Source: Thermoprotei archaeon
Lineage (GTDB): Archaea; Thermoproteota; Thermoprotei; Thermoproteales; B15-G16
NCBI GenBank assembly: GCA_003649205.1
Contig: QMRC01000002.1
Span: 192,001-256,000, forward strand
Length of the DNA stretch: 64,000 nucleotides
Direction: 5' to 3'
Shown here: positions 61,772 through 64,000 of the stretch, piece by piece
Layout of the letters: every line of letters starts with the position of its first letter
How positions within the stretch are numbered: the stretch's first letter is position 1
The notes under the pieces: model-generated
Database searches by the model: none
What the model was told of the DNA's origin: nothing
Seen by the model: only the letters and a program-made list of their open reading frames with translations
Made by a program: the position numbers and the translations under genes

Positions 61772-62883
61772 GTAGCGTAACCTTCTCTCACTAGCTTTGT
61801 TGCTAAATCGATGAACTTCTCCCTTCTCCTCCTATGCTCTTCTAACCACTTCAGTATGATCTCAGCAGCCTCCCTCTTGCACTCACCACATAGTCTCTTA
61901 CCTGTCACACACTCCTCATAGATCTTCAGCAACTTACTATCGTCCTCAACGAAGTGAAACATCAGTACCTCGTAAACACAGCAAATCTCCGGTACACCAC
62001 CTTTCTCACGCTGCTCCTTAGCTGTTGGTCTACCACCTGTAAATGCATTCATTATCTTGAACTTCACACTCTCTAGCTCTTCCGTCAGGGTGAACATACC
62101 CATTGGGTTTCTCTTAGACATCTTCTTCTCTCCTGTTAAAGACCTCATTAACCTATGGTATGTAGCGCTAGGAAGCTCAAAGCCATAGATTGACCTGTAC
62201 TTCTGAGCTATATCTCTAGCAAATCTAATGTGTGGGTCCTGATCCGCACCTACAGGAATGACTGTTGGCTTTGGTCCACCGAAGTCTGGGTGTTGTGGTA
62301 GTAGTATGTCAGCTACCTGAATTATGGCTGAGAGGTATAGTCCGAAGTGTCTCGGGCCGTAGATAGCTTCTAGGAGGTTCATTGATACTCCACGAGCGAA
62401 TACTGTTGCCATCTGAAGTACTCTCCTCTCTCTGGATTGCCTATAGACGTAGACTCTCTTAGGATCTAGACCTAGTGCGAGTACGTCAGCTATGTTGCTG
62501 ATAGCTATCTCCTCAGCTTTGTCAAATGGTATACCATTGTCATTCCAAGCCTCTACATCAGCTATGCAGTAGAATGCCATTGCTTTGTTAGAGAGCTTCT
62601 GAAAGAATATTATTTCCTCTGCTGTGAGCTTAGTACCGAGATGGAAGTCACCTGTAGGCTTTATACCGGATAGAACTGCGTACTCTTCACCCTCTTTGAT
62701 AGCCTTAAGTATCTTCTGGAGATCTCTATGACCGAAAATTATCTTCCTTCGAATTAACCTGTGCTTAATTGGGAACTCGTCAATTAGAGGATCTATTGGT
62801 TCAACACCAAATTGCTCAAATAGCTTGCTATAGTCTTCAATAGCTGTTTCTCCCCAGGGATCAATTACTAACTTTCGTTCCAC
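61768..62883 (-). CDS. trpS: Tryptophanyl-tRNA synthetase
   Basis: IDPW, PTGDFHLG, PVGADQDPH, KMSK and AFTGGR; GGAGGTG before GTG 62883. Confidence 0.95.
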   Translation of the reverse strand: MERKLVIDPWGETAIEDYSKLFEQFGVEPIDPLIDEFPIKHRLIRRKIIFGHRDLQKILKAIKEGEEYAVLSGIKPTGDFHLGTKLTAEEIIFFQKLSNKAMAFYCIADVEAWNDNGIPFDKAEEIAISNIADVLALGLDPKRVYVYRQSRERRVLQMATVFARGVSMNLLEAIYGPRHFGLYLSAIIQVADILLPQHPDFGGPKPTVIPVGADQDPHIRFARDIAQKYRSIYGFELPSATYHRLMRSLTGEKKMSKRNPMGMFTLTEELESVKFKIMNAFTGGRPTAKEQREKGGVPEICCVYEVLMFHFVEDDSKLLKIYEECVTGKRLCGECKREAAEIILKWLEEHRRRREKFIDLATKLVREGYAT

Positions 62884-62964
62884 AATATGGGTACACCTCC
62901 TCGTATAGGTGGGGAGGTACTTGGTTATTTTTGAATTACTCAAGAGTTGGAATAACTCACACCA

Positions 62965-63999
62965 TTACTGACTCATGGCGATATCTAGATACGTTCTCAA
63001 GTGTCTACTAGCTACTACTGACCAGTGAGTTCTCCTCACAAATTCACTTAATGTAGGTCTGATCTTCTTGAGTATGTAGCTGTAGTTCTCAAGTACATAA
63101 GATACCATGGATGCTATCTCTCTCGGGTCAGCTAGTGAGACAACTAGTTCTGGAACTAGTTCATAGTACTCGACCAATCTAGGTACCTTGGTGCACACTA
63201 TTGGCTTTAGTGAACTAGCTACCGTATGTAGCATACCACTAACACCTAAGTGGCCTCTGTACTCCCTATACGGTAGTACGATGACATCAGCTAGCGCAGC
63301 AAGTGCTAGCAGTTCGTCCCTAGTCAAGTACCTACCAATCATGACTGCTGATACCTTACCACTAGGCACGAGGTACTTACTCAGTTTCTCGAAAACAGCA
63401 ACACCATCACTACCCTGTGGTGTACCTGCGGTGACCACAGTGCAGTTTTCGTGGAGTTCCTTAGCTAAGTACTTAACTAGCTCAGGTACGACATCAGTAC
63501 CTTTATCCCACCTGATGAAGCCGGGAATGAAGATCACATAGGTGTTGACCGCAGCCTTTAGACCGAGTAGCTCACATAGTTCCTCTCGTTTATAGTTAAT
63601 GAATGGATTGTGAGGTGTTCCGTGAGGAATCACGACAATCTTATCTACATCAACTCCTTGGTGAAGTAGCTCAAATTCCTGTAGCTTACTGTGTACAATC
63701 AGTAAATCGACGTACCTACAGAGCTTCAACTGATACTTAACGTACTCCCTACCCTTAACCACGTGGTACACGGTATGCATTGTCATGACTATACTACGGC
63801 ATTTCTTCCTTAACTCGCTCAGGAACTTTAGAAATTCCTCTGAGAATGGTGGGTGGTGAACGTATTCGTGCTGAATGTGCGCTATGTCGTGGTTGGGCAC
63901 CCTACGTAGTACGTCAATTGCTCTATCATACTTACCCTTACCTACCACGAATACCGGTTCTACCGTAGCCTCGGTACCATAGTCGTGAGATCTCTCTGA
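62965..63999 (-). CDS. GT4 glycosyltransferase (5' partial)
   Basis: HIQHEY, TMHTV, IPHG, GFIRWDKG and ADVIVLPY; frame open to the window edge. Confidence 0.88.
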   Translation of the reverse strand, partial: SERSHDYGTEATVEPVFVVGKGKYDRAIDVLRRVPNHDIAHIQHEYVHHPPFSEEFLKFLSELRKKCRSIVMTMHTVYHVVKGREYVKYQLKLCRYVDLLIVHSKLQEFELLHQGVDVDKIVVIPHGTPHNPFINYKREELCELLGLKAAVNTYVIFIPGFIRWDKGTDVVPELVKYLAKELHENCTVVTAGTPQGSDGVAVFEKLSKYLVPSGKVSAVMIGRYLTRDELLALAALADVIVLPYREYRGHLGVSGMLHTVASSLKPIVCTKVPRLVEYYELVPELVVSLADPREIASMVSYVLENYSYILKKIRPTLSEFVRRTHWSVVASRHLRTYLDIAMSQ

Positions 64000-64000
64000 A

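Overview
Gene-dense chromosomal segment of a hyperthermophile-like archaeon, most likely Thermoproteota (inferred from RadA, an HMf histone, Alba, GAPOR, EgsA, class I LysRS, GC-rich tRNAs with BHB introns and many guide RNAs). It is mostly housekeeping: about 65 CDS, 6 tRNAs (two with 37/38 introns), about 12 C/D-box sRNA candidates and 2 H/ACA candidates. I see no CRISPR array, IS element or integrase. Most notable: (1) a solitary CdhA-type CO-dehydrogenase-like gene overlapping hypD, a candidate dedicated CO source for [NiFe]-hydrogenase maturation; (2) a sharp A-to-T strand-asymmetry flip centred on tRNA genes and independent of gene orientation; (3) a fused multi-guide C/D RNA; (4) a THUMP-SPOUT methyltransferase whose stop codon lies inside a tRNA gene; (5) an 80-nt identical tract between two Lhr paralogs; (6) a free-standing LAGLIDADG gene; (7) unannotated zinc-binding microproteins and several degenerate enzyme paralogs. 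Protein calls come from recognised motifs and rRNA targets from remembered archaeal consensus sequences; no searches were run.
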